NCBI GenBank assembly: GCA_009841045.1
Contig: VXMO01000043.1
Span: forward strand, 58,670-122,669
DNA length: 64,000 nucleotides
Reading direction: 5' to 3'
Origin: Dehalococcoidia bacterium
GTDB taxonomy: Bacteria; Chloroflexota; Dehalococcoidia; UBA6926
A program made the translations under genes and the position numbers. The first letter of the stretch is position 1. Each line of letters begins with the position of its first letter. Under the pieces are notes generated by a model, which saw only the letters and a program-made list of their open reading frames with translations, was not told the DNA's origin and did not search any database. Positions 9,131-21,149 of this stretch are shown piece after piece.

Positions 9131-10219
9131 ATGAGCATCACGAACCGTCTAACCAAACTGCGCGAGACAATGGAACCCTCCGGCGTCGATGCCGTGTGGG
9201 TTTCCCAGCCGGAGAACCGCCGCTACATGAGTGGCTTCACCGGCTCCGCCGGCTCCCTCTTTATCACTGCGGAAAGCGCAATGCTCGCCACTGACTCCCG
9301 ATACACGGAGCAGGCGGGCGACCAGTCGCCTGAGTACCAAATCGTCCACATGGCCGGGCCGGGAAGTGACTGGTTCAAGGAGATGCTTGCATCCATGGGC
9401 AATGCCAAGCGCGTCGGTTTTGAGGAAACATACGTCACCGTCGCAACCCACCGGCGGCTCGTCGAACTCTGCGGCGAGGCCGGCAAAGAACTCGTCCCCA
9501 TGAGCGACACCATCGAGATGATCCGTTCCGTCAAGGACGAAGCCGAGCGCGAAGCCCTCATAACCGCCATCCGCATCACTGATGAGGCGTTTGTGGAGGT
9601 CCGGGACGGACTTGAGCCCGGCGTGTCCGAGAAGGATGTCGCGTGGCGCATCGAGAAGGCTATGCGCGAGCGCGGCGCGGAGGCGCTGGCTTTTGAGTCC
9701 ATTGTCGCCTCAGGCCCACACGGAGCGCGCGCGCATCACCGCCCCTCTGACGAACCAATCGCAGTGGGGGCCCCCATCGTCATGGACATCGGCGCCCGCT
9801 TTGACGGGTACCACGCGGACATGACACGCACCATCTGCATTGGCGACTATGACGACCAATTCCGCCGCATCTATGACATCGTCCTGACTGCCCAGGAAAC
9901 CGCCATCGCCACAATCGAAGAGGGTATGACGGGTGATCAGGCGGACGCTCTCGCGCGGGACATCATCGAGAAGGCTGGCCACGGCCCGGAATTCGGCCAC
10001 TCGCTCGGCCACGGTGTCGGACTAGCCATCCATGAATACCCGCGTGTCGCCAAGCGCGCCCCGGATGTGCTGACGAAGGGTATGATCTTCACTGTAGAAC
10101 CCGGCATCTACATCACTGGCTGGGGTGGAGTCCGTATTGAGGACATCGTTGAGTTCAGAGACGGTCGCTGCCAGTCGTTGAGCAAGGCCCCGAAGATCAA
10201 CGTGAAGAATGGGAGTTAG
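9131..10219 (+). CDS. pepP: Xaa-Pro aminopeptidase (M24 family)
   Basis: M24 pita-bread fold motifs (DMTRTI..., HGPEFGHSLGHGVGLAIHEYPRV, VEPGIY). Conserved aroQ-pepP-efp synteny. Confidence 0.85.
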   Translation: MSITNRLTKLRETMEPSGVDAVWVSQPENRRYMSGFTGSAGSLFITAESAMLATDSRYTEQAGDQSPEYQIVHMAGPGSDWFKEMLASMGNAKRVGFEETYVTVATHRRLVELCGEAGKELVPMSDTIEMIRSVKDEAEREALITAIRITDEAFVEVRDGLEPGVSEKDVAWRIEKAMRERGAEALAFESIVASGPHGARAHHRPSDEPIAVGAPIVMDIGARFDGYHADMTRTICIGDYDDQFRRIYDIVLTAQETAIATIEEGMTGDQADALARDIIEKAGHGPEFGHSLGHGVGLAIHEYPRVAKRAPDVLTKGMIFTVEPGIYITGWGGVRIEDIVEFRDGRCQSLSKAPKINVKNGS

Positions 10220-10225
10220 CGCGGA

Positions 10226-10783
10226 ATGATTGAGACGGGCGACCTAAGGCGTGGCGTAACCATTGAGATCGGCGGCACGCTTTACCAACTACTTGACTTT
10301 CACCACCTCAAGATTGGACGCGGCTCCGCCCAGGTCCGCATGAAGCTGCGCGACATCAAGGGTGGGCACACCATCGAGCGCACCGTACAGGCGGGTGAAC
10401 GCTTCACCCGAGCCACGCTTGAGACCCGCTCAGTTCAGTTCCTCTACAGCGAGGACGGCCTCTATCACTTCATGGACACGGAATCCTTTGAGCAGTTCCC
10501 CGTAGACCGGGACCAGATCGAAGATTCTCTGCCCTACATGATTGAGAACATGAACCTGGACATGGTCTTCTACCAGGACGCGCCCATCGGCGTTGAACTC
10601 CCGACCACCGTCACGCTGAAAATCGTAGAAACGCCCCCTGCGTTCAAGGGCGACACCGCCAACGCCGGCACCAAACCCGCCACGTTGGAAACCGGGCTCG
10701 TCATCACCGTCCCCATGTTCGTCGAGAACGGCATCGCCGTCGTCGTCGACACCCGCACCGGCGACTACGTGGAGCGCGCCTAA
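10226..10783 (+). CDS. efp: Elongation factor P
   Basis: 185 aa with a KOW-like N-terminus carrying the conserved lysine (HHLKIGRGSAQVRMKLRDIKGG) and two OB domains. Confidence 0.95.
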   Translation: MIETGDLRRGVTIEIGGTLYQLLDFHHLKIGRGSAQVRMKLRDIKGGHTIERTVQAGERFTRATLETRSVQFLYSEDGLYHFMDTESFEQFPVDRDQIEDSLPYMIENMNLDMVFYQDAPIGVELPTTVTLKIVETPPAFKGDTANAGTKPATLETGLVITVPMFVENGIAVVVDTRTGDYVERA

Positions 10784-10798
10784 CCTTCTCATGGAGCA

Positions 10799-11467
10799 AT
10801 GCGCGCAGACTTCCACATCCACACTCGCGTCTCTCCCGACTCCCAGCTAACCCCGGAAGCCCTCATCCGCGCCTGCCAACGCAAGGGCATCGATATTATC
10901 GCCGTCACGGATCACCACGCCATCCGCGGCGCGCTTGAAGTCCGGGAGATAGCCCCGTTCCCTATCATCATCGGCGCAGATCTCAGAACGGCGGACGGTG
11001 AGATTGTCGGCCTGTTCCTTGAAAAGGACATCCCCTGCGGTCTCTCCGCCAAAGAGTCCGTCAAGCGCATCAAGGACCAGGGCGGCATCGTGCAGGTGCC
11101 CCACCCGTTTGACAGATTCCGTCGCAAACGCATCACCCTGCCCGCCCTGATGGATATTCTCCCGGACGTAGACCTCATCGAGGCGTTCAACGCTCGCACG
11201 ACCCTCAGAAGGGATACCATGCTCGGCGTGGAGTTCATTCGTGAGCACAGGGAAAAACACAACATCCGGCCCGTTGGCGTTTCGGACGCGCATACCGCCC
11301 GCGAGATTGGCAACGCCTACACGGATATCCCCGCGTTCGAGGGCCGCGAGGACTTCATGGACGCTCTACGCCACGCATCCATCCACGGCAAGCGCACAAC
11401 CCCACTTATCCACCTCACCACCCACTGGACGGTACTCAGCAAGAAAATAGGTTTGGCGCGCTCCTAA
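10799..11467 (+). CDS. PHP-domain (polymerase/histidinol-phosphatase-like) metal-dependent phosphoesterase
   Basis: MRADFHIHTRVSPDS ... IDIIAVTDHH ... GIVQVPHP. PHP motifs. Confidence 0.7.
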   Translation: MRADFHIHTRVSPDSQLTPEALIRACQRKGIDIIAVTDHHAIRGALEVREIAPFPIIIGADLRTADGEIVGLFLEKDIPCGLSAKESVKRIKDQGGIVQVPHPFDRFRRKRITLPALMDILPDVDLIEAFNARTTLRRDTMLGVEFIREHREKHNIRPVGVSDAHTAREIGNAYTDIPAFEGREDFMDALRHASIHGKRTTPLIHLTTHWTVLSKKIGLARS

Positions 11468-11475
11468 CGCGCCCC

Positions 11476-12636
11476 CTACGCCAGGTTCCGCACTGCGGCC
11501 GCCAGCTGATCCACTTCCTCCTCCGTGTTGAAGAAGTGAAGCGACGCTCGCACGCCCTCCGGATGTTCGATGTGACGCACAACAATGTGGTTGTGTTCCC
11601 AGAGATAATCATCAAGCGCCTCAGGCTCCCAGCCCTCAACGGCGAATGAAACAAGGCCGGACGCCAACGGCCCATCCTCCGGCGACAGTACCGTGACGCG
11701 CGGTGATTCCCTCAGTTGGGCCTTGAGTCGAGATGCCAACTGGAGGTTGCGCGTCTCAATCTCCCTGACACCTATGGCCTCAATAAAGCGGGTCGCCTCC
11801 AGAAACGCCGCCTGTAGCGGAATGCTGCCTGACCCTCCGTAGAACTTATCCACCGTGGCATGATTCGGAACAAGGTGGCCTGCCGTGACCGGCGATTCCA
11901 TGTGCCGCCCGCCCGTGTGCGCAGGGTGAACTGCGGGGATCAGTTCTTTCCGTATGTACAGCGCCCCGGTGCCCTCGAACCCCAGCATCCACTTCTGGCC
12001 CGGAATCGAGTAGTAGTCATAGTCACCAGCGACCATATCCAGGTCGATATGCCCACCGGTCTGCGCGCCGTCCAGCAGGATCTCCGCGCCATTCTCATGC
12101 GCCATCCGTGCCAGCTCGGGAGCGGGCATCCGTAGCCCGGTCGAGTACTGGATATGGCTGATGAAAATGAGGCGTGTCCTGGTTGACATGACCGCTTGAA
12201 ACTTCTCAAGGATGACGTCGGCGGGATCGTGAGGGTCCAGCATGACAATGTGGACGTTAACCCCGTAGCGCAGGCCAATCATCCATGCAGGCGCAAGCAC
12301 GGACGGATGCTCCAGGCTGCACGTGACAATCTCATCGCCCGGCTGCCAATCCAGCCCGCTCATCACGATATTCAGCCCTTCGGTCGTATTGCGCGTCAGA
12401 ACCAACTCCTCTTCCGAGACATTCATCAGCCTGCCGACGGCCTGTAGGGCCTGTCCGCGGATCTCCCGTGCCGTCTCGATCACTCGCATGCTGGCCGGTG
12501 GCTCCATCGCCTCCATGTCGATGCGGTCCTTCAAGGCGTCTATCACCGACCGCGGCGAGGGCCCGGACCATCCCGTATTCATCCACACCTGCCGGCCCAC
12601 CGCCGGTATCTGGGATCGAAGTTGTGCTACATCCAT
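11476..12636 (-). CDS. Class V aminotransferase / cysteine desulfurase-like PLP enzyme
   Basis: Fold-type I class V signature (DGAQTGGHIDLDMVAGDYDYYSIPGQKWMLGFEGTGALYIRKE). Start set to the ATG at 12636, which has a GGAGGGAG RBS. Confidence 0.75.
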   Translation of the reverse strand: MDVAQLRSQIPAVGRQVWMNTGWSGPSPRSVIDALKDRIDMEAMEPPASMRVIETAREIRGQALQAVGRLMNVSEEELVLTRNTTEGLNIVMSGLDWQPGDEIVTCSLEHPSVLAPAWMIGLRYGVNVHIVMLDPHDPADVILEKFQAVMSTRTRLIFISHIQYSTGLRMPAPELARMAHENGAEILLDGAQTGGHIDLDMVAGDYDYYSIPGQKWMLGFEGTGALYIRKELIPAVHPAHTGGRHMESPVTAGHLVPNHATVDKFYGGSGSIPLQAAFLEATRFIEAIGVREIETRNLQLASRLKAQLRESPRVTVLSPEDGPLASGLVSFAVEGWEPEALDDYLWEHNHIVVRHIEHPEGVRASLHFFNTEEEVDQLAAAVRNLA

Positions 12637-12688
12637 GAGAAACTCCCTCCGGCCACTATCGTACACGTCCCGATGCTACGCTTACCCA

Positions 12689-13519
12689 ATGACGACTGAC
12701 GACGAAACAGCATCGCGCCCGCCCCTCCGCCTCGGCTGGCTGTCCACTGGACGCGGCCCCGGCTCCCGTGGACTACTCGAAGCGGCGCACAAGGCAATCT
12801 CCGGCGGCACACTTAACGCATCCATCAACTACGTCCTCTGCACTCGCGAGCGCGGCGAGGCAGAAGGCAGCGACTTGTTCCTCGACCAAGCGGAGAGCTA
12901 TGGCCTGACCACCGTCTCGGTTTCGCTCCGTGACTACCGCCAACATCAAGCCGATGACCCTGCGTGGCGAGACCGCTACAACGCCGATCTCTTATCCGCC
13001 GTTCAGCGCAGACCCGTCGACGCCCTCGTCTTCGCGGGACTCATGCTCATCGTCAGTGAGGACATCGTCAATGCAGTTCCTGCCCTCAACCTCCACCCCG
13101 CTCTCCCCGGAGGCCCTGTCGGCGCGTGGCAAGATGTCATTTGGGAACTCATCGGGCAGGGCGCATTGGAGACGGGCGTCATGGTGCAGCTATCGACGGC
13201 GGAGGTTGATAAAGGCCCCGTGATCGCCTGGTGCCGATTCCCTATTCGCGGGCCGGAGTTCGACGCCCTCTGGAATGCAATCGCAGGGCAGTCCATCGAC
13301 GCCTTGCAGAAAGAACACGGAGAGAATCATCCCCTCTTCGCCAAAATCCGGCAAGAGGGGTTGCGACGGGAGGCGCATACGCTAGTCGAGGCGCTGCGCC
13401 AACTCGCTGACGGCAACGTGAAAATTGACGGCGGCGTTCTCCATGACGCCAACGGTCAGCCGCTCGAAAACGGCCTCGATATCACAGGCAAAATCGAGGC
13501 GGCAATCAGAGACGCCTAG
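12689..13519 (+). CDS. Formyltransferase-family protein (PurN-like N-terminal domain)
   Basis: Formyl-transferase signature [10 protein letters not shown] and a Rossmann-like N-terminus. ATG at 12689. The preceding 122 codons of the track ORF are antisense to the aminotransferase gene. Confidence 0.5.
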   Translation: MTTDDETASRPPLRLGWLSTGRGPGSRGLLEAAHKAISGGTLNASINYVLCTRERGEAEGSDLFLDQAESYGLTTVSVSLRDYRQHQADDPAWRDRYNADLLSAVQRRPVDALVFAGLMLIVSEDIVNAVPALNLHPALPGGPVGAWQDVIWELIGQGALETGVMVQLSTAEVDKGPVIAWCRFPIRGPEFDALWNAIAGQSIDALQKEHGENHPLFAKIRQEGLRREAHTLVEALRQLADGNVKIDGGVLHDANGQPLENGLDITGKIEAAIRDA

Positions 13520-14853
13520 GCGCTCTCTTCCTCAGGCTGCAAGGTCACCGTCGCGCCCTGCGCGTTGAACAGCAACGGCGGAACCTTGTTGTGAATGGTG
13601 TCGGCGGTGATCAGGCAGCGCGTGATGCCCTCCATGCTCGGCAGCTCATACATCACATCCAGCAGGACTTCCTCCACAACCGTCCGAAGACCGCGCGCGC
13701 CCGTCTTCTGTGACAGCGCCCGATCGGCCACCGCCTCCAGCGCCTCGTCCGTGAACTCCAGCGTCACGCCATCCTGTCCCAGAAGGCTCGCATACTGCTT
13801 CACCAACGCGTTCCTGGGCTTCGTCAGCACCTCAAGCAGATCGGACTTCTGCAGTGGGTCAAGAGCAACTGCCAGCGGCATCCGCCCCACAAACTCCGGA
13901 ATCATCCCGTACGCGAGAATATCGTCGTGGCTCAACTGCGCCATCACGCGGCTGCGCTCTGCCGGATCATCTTTCATGCGCTCAGAACCGAACCCGATGC
14001 TGCGTTTGTCCTTGTTGACGCGGGCGGCAATGATCTCATCCATTCCTTCAAACGCCCCGCCGCAGATGAACAGGATGCCGTGGGTGTCAATCTGGATGAA
14101 TTCCTGCTGAGGATGCTTGCGCCCACCCTGTGGCGGCACGTTCGCCTTGCATCCCTCAACAATCTTCAACAGCGCCTGCTGCACGCCCTCCCCGGAAACG
14201 TCCCGAGTCACGGACGGATTCGCGTTCTTGCGCGCTGTCTTGTCTATCTCGTCGATGTAGATGATGCCCCGCTCCGCCCGCGAAACGTCATAGTCTGCCG
14301 CCTGGATCAAACGGAGGAGGATGTTCTCCACGTCCTCACCCACGTACCCCGCCTCCGTCAGCGATGTTGCATCAGCGATGGCGAACGGCACGTTCAGGAT
14401 GCGCGCCAGCGTCTGTGCAAGGAGTGTCTTGCCGCTCCCTGTGGGTCCGACGAGCAGGATATTCGTCTTGTCCAGCTCGACATCCGGCTCCTCTTCGTTC
14501 TTGACGGAACTGCGCTTGTAGTGGTTGTAGACGCCGACGCTGAGCACGCGCTTTGCGCGCTCCTGTCCGATAACGAAATCGCTCAGTTCGTTATAGATCT
14601 CTCTCGGAGTGCGGTTCAGTTGAGGCTCTTCCTGCTGCTCCTGTTCCTCATCCGTCGGCTCCTCACGGCCTTTCCCACGCGGCCGTCCCTCAAGGATGCG
14701 CAGGCAAACCCGAACGCACTCGTCGCAGATGTAGGCCTTGTGGTCCGGCCCGGCCAACAGCCTGACCGTCCCCTCGGGCTTGCCGCAGAAAGAGCACCGA
14801 TGCGGCCCCTCACCCTGGCCTCCGTTTCGTCGGCCGTTAGTCTCGTCAACCAT
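13516..14853 (-). CDS. clpX: ATP-dependent Clp protease ATP-binding subunit ClpX
   Basis: N-terminal C4 zinc finger (CSFCGK...CDEC), Walker A GPTGSGKT, sensor motifs. Start ATG at 14853 with a GGAGGAG RBS. Confidence 0.95.
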   Translation of the reverse strand: MVDETNGRRNGGQGEGPHRCSFCGKPEGTVRLLAGPDHKAYICDECVRVCLRILEGRPRGKGREEPTDEEQEQQEEPQLNRTPREIYNELSDFVIGQERAKRVLSVGVYNHYKRSSVKNEEEPDVELDKTNILLVGPTGSGKTLLAQTLARILNVPFAIADATSLTEAGYVGEDVENILLRLIQAADYDVSRAERGIIYIDEIDKTARKNANPSVTRDVSGEGVQQALLKIVEGCKANVPPQGGRKHPQQEFIQIDTHGILFICGGAFEGMDEIIAARVNKDKRSIGFGSERMKDDPAERSRVMAQLSHDDILAYGMIPEFVGRMPLAVALDPLQKSDLLEVLTKPRNALVKQYASLLGQDGVTLEFTDEALEAVADRALSQKTGARGLRTVVEEVLLDVMYELPSMEGITRCLITADTIHNKVPPLLFNAQGATVTLQPEEESA

Positions 14854-14933
14854 GCCCGTGCCCTTACTCCTCCCCAATAGCCGAGTTTCAGGCAATCCCC
14901 GGCCCGTCCCGTACGGGCCTCTATCACTGGCCG

Positions 14934-15605
14934 TTATGCGGCGCTGGCGTCGCTCTCGCCCTCCGGCCCCGCGAGAACCTCATCAACGATGCCGTACTCC
15001 TTCGCCTGGTCCGCAGTGAGATAGTAGTCGCGATCCATGTCGCGCGCCACCTTCTCCACGGGCTGTCCGGAATGCCGCGACAGAATACCACGAATGATCT
15101 CCTGCAGCCGCAGGATCTCACGCGCGGCGATCTCAATATCCGCCGCCTGCCCTTGCGCGCCGCCCATGGCCTGGTGCATGTGAATCGTCGAGTTCGGCAG
15201 GGCGTACCGCTTGCCTGCCGCGCCCGCGCACAGCAGAACTGTCGCCATGCTCGCTGCCATCCCCACGCAAATCGTAGACACGTCCGCGCGAATCAACTGG
15301 ATGGTGTCATAGATGGCCAGCCCGGATGTAATGACGCCGCCCGGGCTGCTGATATACAGCGAAATGTCCTTGTCAGGGTCCTCTCTGTCCAGGTACAGAA
15401 GCTGAGCCACCACAAGATTGGCAATCTGGTCGTTGATCGGCGTGCCGAGAAAGATGATCCGCTCCTTGAGCAGGAGGGAGTAGATGTCGAAAGCCCGCTC
15501 GCCTCGCGCCCCGGTCTCAATAACCATCGGCACAATGCCCTGCGGCCCCGCCGGCACGATACCCTGCGGCACTCCTTCGCCGGTTCCGCCTGTCCACGTT
15601 GTCAT
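14934..15605 (-). CDS. clpP: ATP-dependent Clp protease proteolytic subunit ClpP
   Basis: Catalytic triad context ([11 protein letters not shown]..., [12 protein letters not shown]). Start at 15605 with a GGAGAA RBS. Confidence 0.95.
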   Translation of the reverse strand: MTTWTGGTGEGVPQGIVPAGPQGIVPMVIETGARGERAFDIYSLLLKERIIFLGTPINDQIANLVVAQLLYLDREDPDKDISLYISSPGGVITSGLAIYDTIQLIRADVSTICVGMAASMATVLLCAGAAGKRYALPNSTIHMHQAMGGAQGQAADIEIAAREILRLQEIIRGILSRHSGQPVEKVARDMDRDYYLTADQAKEYGIVDEVLAGPEGESDASAA

Positions 15606-15652
15606 ATCGCTAATTCTCCCCTGACCTTTTGTGGGACTTGCGTCCATTCGCG

Positions 15653-17170
15653 CTACTCGTCCCCGTTATCTGTATCCTCGTCGGCGTCCGCTTCCGTCTC
15701 AGTCTCGGCGGCATCCTCAGACCCGTCGCGCTCTCCTCTCGCGATTTCTACCAGCATATCCATTGTCTTGCGCGCGACAATCCTGCGCTCCACGCTCTCT
15801 CGCGCCGCCTCGCTCTCAAAGACCTGCCGCGCCTGCTCCTGCGTCGCCTCATCCTGCTGTGCCCCAACGACCTGAGCGATGTCGTCGTCGATTTCCTCGT
15901 CTGAGGCCTCAATGTCTTGCGACTCAGCCAGGTTTGTTATCAACAGCCCGCGCAGGATCCGCTGCTCCGCCTGTGGCCGCACGGAGTCGCGCAGTTGCTC
16001 GACGTCCTGCCCTGTCGTCTGCACGTACGCGGCTAGGGACATTCCCATTCCCCGCATCTGCTCATCTTGTTCTTGCAGGATACGGTCAATCTCTAGCTCC
16101 ACGACGATGGGCGGATATGTCACCGTAGCGACCTCTGCGAACCTGTCGAGGACATTCTCCTCGTACTCCGCTCGCGCCTGTGCTTCCGTTCGTTCCGTCA
16201 GATCAGACAGAATTCTCTCCCGCAAAGCCTCCACCGTCTCGAACTCATCGTCGCCGAAACCCTCAATGCCCTGCGCCCATTCATCATCCAACTCCGGCAG
16301 ATCCTGTTCCTTGACCTCCCGCACCGTCACGGTGAAATGCGCATCCTTCCCGTTCAGATCACGAATCGTGAAATCGTCCGGCACGGAAATCGTGAACTCC
16401 TTGGTCTCCTCCGCGTTCATGCCAACAAGCTGCTCAGGCACCCCGGGCGCAGGGTACGTCACGCCCTCTTGCACCATGTAGCTGATGCCTGTCTCCTCCA
16501 CGAAAGTCCGCCGACCCGGCGCCTCCGGCTCGCCTACAGAGTCGTCACTCTCGTTGGATTCAGTCTCAGAATCAGTTTCCTCCGTTGGCGCCGGCTGCTC
16601 ATCGGACTCCGCCTCGGCACCGTCCTCGGATTCCGCCGCGTCCTCAGGGTCCTCGTCCACATAGCCGTGCATATCGACCGTCAGCAGATCGCCCAACTGC
16701 ACTGGGCGCTCCACCGGCTCCCACGGCGAGCCTTGCCGACGCAGGTTGTTCAGCACATCCTCAATCTGCTCGTCCGTGACCTCCGGCTCCTCCCAGTCGA
16801 CGCGAATCGACTCATAATCACCAAGCTCCACCTCAGGGCGCAGCGAGACCGTTGCCCGAAACGTAATGGGATTAAGAGATTCAATGTCCGTCACTTGCGG
16901 CTGCGCGATGGGCTCGAGCTCTTGCTGTTGCACCGCGTCCACCACGGACCGCTCCAGCAGACCCTCGATATCGTCTTGCATCAGCGTTTCCGTTCCGATG
17001 TGCCGCTCAAGGATCGCGCGCGGCGTCTTGCCCTTACGGAATCCCGGAATCACGTACTGCTGGACAAGCCGCCGGTACGCTCGCTGCTTGTGGTCCTCAA
17101 TCTCCGCCTCTTCCAACTCAATAAGCAGCCCAATTTGGCGGTCAGGCATATCTTCAGTCGTTATCTTCAC
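15653..17170 (-). CDS. tig: Trigger factor, with a long acidic C-terminal tail
   Basis: Ribosome-binding signature [12 protein letters not shown]-type PPIase domain, and an unusually Asp/Glu-rich C-terminal ~40 aa. tig-clpP-clpX order is conserved. Confidence 0.9.
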   Translation of the reverse strand: MKITTEDMPDRQIGLLIELEEAEIEDHKQRAYRRLVQQYVIPGFRKGKTPRAILERHIGTETLMQDDIEGLLERSVVDAVQQQELEPIAQPQVTDIESLNPITFRATVSLRPEVELGDYESIRVDWEEPEVTDEQIEDVLNNLRRQGSPWEPVERPVQLGDLLTVDMHGYVDEDPEDAAESEDGAEAESDEQPAPTEETDSETESNESDDSVGEPEAPGRRTFVEETGISYMVQEGVTYPAPGVPEQLVGMNAEETKEFTISVPDDFTIRDLNGKDAHFTVTVREVKEQDLPELDDEWAQGIEGFGDDEFETVEALRERILSDLTERTEAQARAEYEENVLDRFAEVATVTYPPIVVELEIDRILQEQDEQMRGMGMSLAAYVQTTGQDVEQLRDSVRPQAEQRILRGLLITNLAESQDIEASDEEIDDDIAQVVGAQQDEATQEQARQVFESEAARESVERRIVARKTMDMLVEIARGERDGSEDAAETETEADADEDTDNGDE

Positions 17171-17238
17171 GCGCGGAAACTCCGTCTCAAGATTGGCTTG
17201 GAGGCAGGAACAACATTATACATCGGGGCGCAGAACGC

Positions 17239-19059
<1,821 letters not shown>

Positions 19060-19161
19060 TGGATACGTGAATCAGGTGATGCCCATGTGGCGTTTACGGC
19101 AGAACAAGCAGGGAAACTCCAGTCTCCCAGACCCATCACCAATCATAGCACCCACCCCTTC

Positions 19162-19245
19162 GTCATTCCCGTGCGTGACACGGGAATCCAGTGCGGCGCA
19201 CAGCGCCGCCTCTCCCTTGATGGGGGAGGGTTAGCGCGTCGTGGA
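19162..19245. repeat. V-type palindromic repeat unit plus adjacent hairpin
   Basis: gtcattcccgtgcgtgacacgggaatccagtgcggcgcacagcgccgcctc, followed by CTCCC-TTGATGG-GGGAG. Same family as the 22903-23700 array. Confidence 0.5.
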
Positions 19246-19252
19246 TCCTGGC

Positions 19253-21064
19253 CTACTCGGAGACGTCGGACAGGTCGTCGTAGTAGCGCGACGTGAAGAG
19301 CAGCCCGTCGTATCGAATCGCCCACACGTGAGCGTAAAGTGTCTCCGAAGACCTGGTGTTGGGGAAGACGAAGTTGACCCAGATACCCTCTTCCGTGGCC
19401 GCCGCCATCTCTTCGCCCACGTTCCGAACGCTGCCCGCGCCAACGGTCTTTAGGTCCGTCCCGATGAGGTGTGGTGAGAGTATGGCTACTCGCACGATAT
19501 CGTTCTCATCGGCCATTGTCAGATTCCACTGGCCGTCAACACTGTCCGCAGTGTTGTAATGAGCAATCGTAGCGTCCAGGCCGTTGGCTACGTAGTAGTC
19601 GATGGCCATCTGCACGTATGCCCTGGTCTCGGCCGCAGGGTCGTCTACGCGGACGTAGTAGCCCGAAGCGAAAAGCAGCCCGTCGTGGCGCACCGCGTAC
19701 CCCACCTTCGGAACTTCCTTGAGCGTCACCGGGTGCGGCCACAGGTACTCCACCCAGACTCCTTCACCGCCGTCGACGGCCTTGGCCAGTTCATTGCCCA
19801 ATTCGTAGCCGTCCGAACCCACCACATCCTTGATATCCGTGCCTATCAGATCGGGAATCAGCGGATGGACGTGATAGATGTCATTTTCATCTGTGGCGAA
19901 CAGGTACCATTCACCCTCGAAGCTCGCGACGCTGTTGTAATAGTTGAGCATGGATTGCAGCCCGTCGCGCTCATAACGCGCTATCGCCTGCTCCACATAA
20001 GTCACCGTGTATTCCCTCGGATCGACACCCTGCCAGGCCGGAGTGCCGGACTCAACACCACCGGTGTAGTAGCCGGAGGCGAAAATCAGCCCGTCATGGC
20101 GGACGGCCCACGTAACCTTTTGCTGTTCCTTGCGGGATGTGGGATGAGGCCACAGGTATTCCACCCAGATGCCGCCTTCGGTGGCCTCCGCTATCTCCCT
20201 GCCCAGCTCGTGGCCATCTGAACCCACCACGTCCTTGATGTCCGTGCCGATCAGGTGCGGGAAGATGGGATGGGCCAGATAGTTGTCATCGTCGCCGATG
20301 AGGAACAGGTAGAACTGGCCGTTCAGGCTCTCCTGGCTGTTGTAGTAAGCGATAGTGGCGTCCAGGCCGTCCTCTTCATACTTGGCGATGGCCCTGTCAA
20401 CGTACTCCTTGGTTGAGCTCGCCACGTCTTCCGTTAGGGCCGAGTGAGTGGCGGCGAAAAGCAGGCCGTTGTGAAGGATGGCATAGAGTCTCCGCGGCTC
20501 TACCAGCTTGGTGACCGGGTTAAGGCCTCGGGTCGTTACCCAGTAGCCCTCTTCAGTGGCGACGGTTGTAAGCCACTGAAGCCCGGACAACGTTGAGCCG
20601 GGGCCGACGTTTTGGCCCTCCAGGGAGGGGAGGGCGCTGTAGACCAGCAATTCGTTCTCTTCGATGTCTATGATCGTCAGCGGTCGACCGTTTTGGAGAC
20701 CGGCCTCGGATCGGTAGTGCGTCAGGGTGGCCTCCAGCCCGTTCGCGTCGTAATAGGCCACGGCCTCCTCCACGAAGGCCAGGGTGAGCGCATCGTCTTG
20801 ACTGGCAAGCTCGGGCGTCGAAGGCTCGGGCGTCACAATCGCGACTCGCTCAGGGGTCCGGGTCGCGGTGGGTTCGGGCGCCTCAGTGGGTGCGGGCTCG
20901 GGAACAGGGGTTGCCGTCGGCTCGGGCGCGGAGACTGAGGGTGCTTCGGTCGCCGCGGGCACAGGGGTGGCGGTGGGGTCATCCTCGGCGCAGGCAACGG
21001 CAAAAATCGCGAAGGAAGAAACAACAAGAAGCAAGAAGAGGACGACTGGGATTCTCTTGAACAT
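19253..21064 (-). CDS. Secreted lipoprotein made of four tandem single-Cache (sCache_2-like) domains
   Basis: Signal peptide with Cys lipobox (FAVAC) and a Pro/Thr/Ala/Glu-rich linker. Four ~115-aa repeats each carry the sCache_2 pattern: YY..GL.A....Y......G..YLF.......Y..HP..P.LIGTDIKDV....G.E.G.E.A.A...GIWVEYLWPHP.....K..YAV.HDGLIFASGYY. Confidence 0.6.
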   Translation of the reverse strand: MFKRIPVVLFLLLVVSSFAIFAVACAEDDPTATPVPAATEAPSVSAPEPTATPVPEPAPTEAPEPTATRTPERVAIVTPEPSTPELASQDDALTLAFVEEAVAYYDANGLEATLTHYRSEAGLQNGRPLTIIDIEENELLVYSALPSLEGQNVGPGSTLSGLQWLTTVATEEGYWVTTRGLNPVTKLVEPRRLYAILHNGLLFAATHSALTEDVASSTKEYVDRAIAKYEEDGLDATIAYYNSQESLNGQFYLFLIGDDDNYLAHPIFPHLIGTDIKDVVGSDGHELGREIAEATEGGIWVEYLWPHPTSRKEQQKVTWAVRHDGLIFASGYYTGGVESGTPAWQGVDPREYTVTYVEQAIARYERDGLQSMLNYYNSVASFEGEWYLFATDENDIYHVHPLIPDLIGTDIKDVVGSDGYELGNELAKAVDGGEGVWVEYLWPHPVTLKEVPKVGYAVRHDGLLFASGYYVRVDDPAAETRAYVQMAIDYYVANGLDATIAHYNTADSVDGQWNLTMADENDIVRVAILSPHLIGTDLKTVGAGSVRNVGEEMAAATEEGIWVNFVFPNTRSSETLYAHVWAIRYDGLLFTSRYYDDLSDVSE

Positions 21065-21149
21065 CAGGGGGGCTCGGTTCGTCTTGTTCTCTTGCTTGTT
21101 TCTCATTAGAATCTGCACCTCTTTCTTCTGTTCATAGTATCATCCGATA

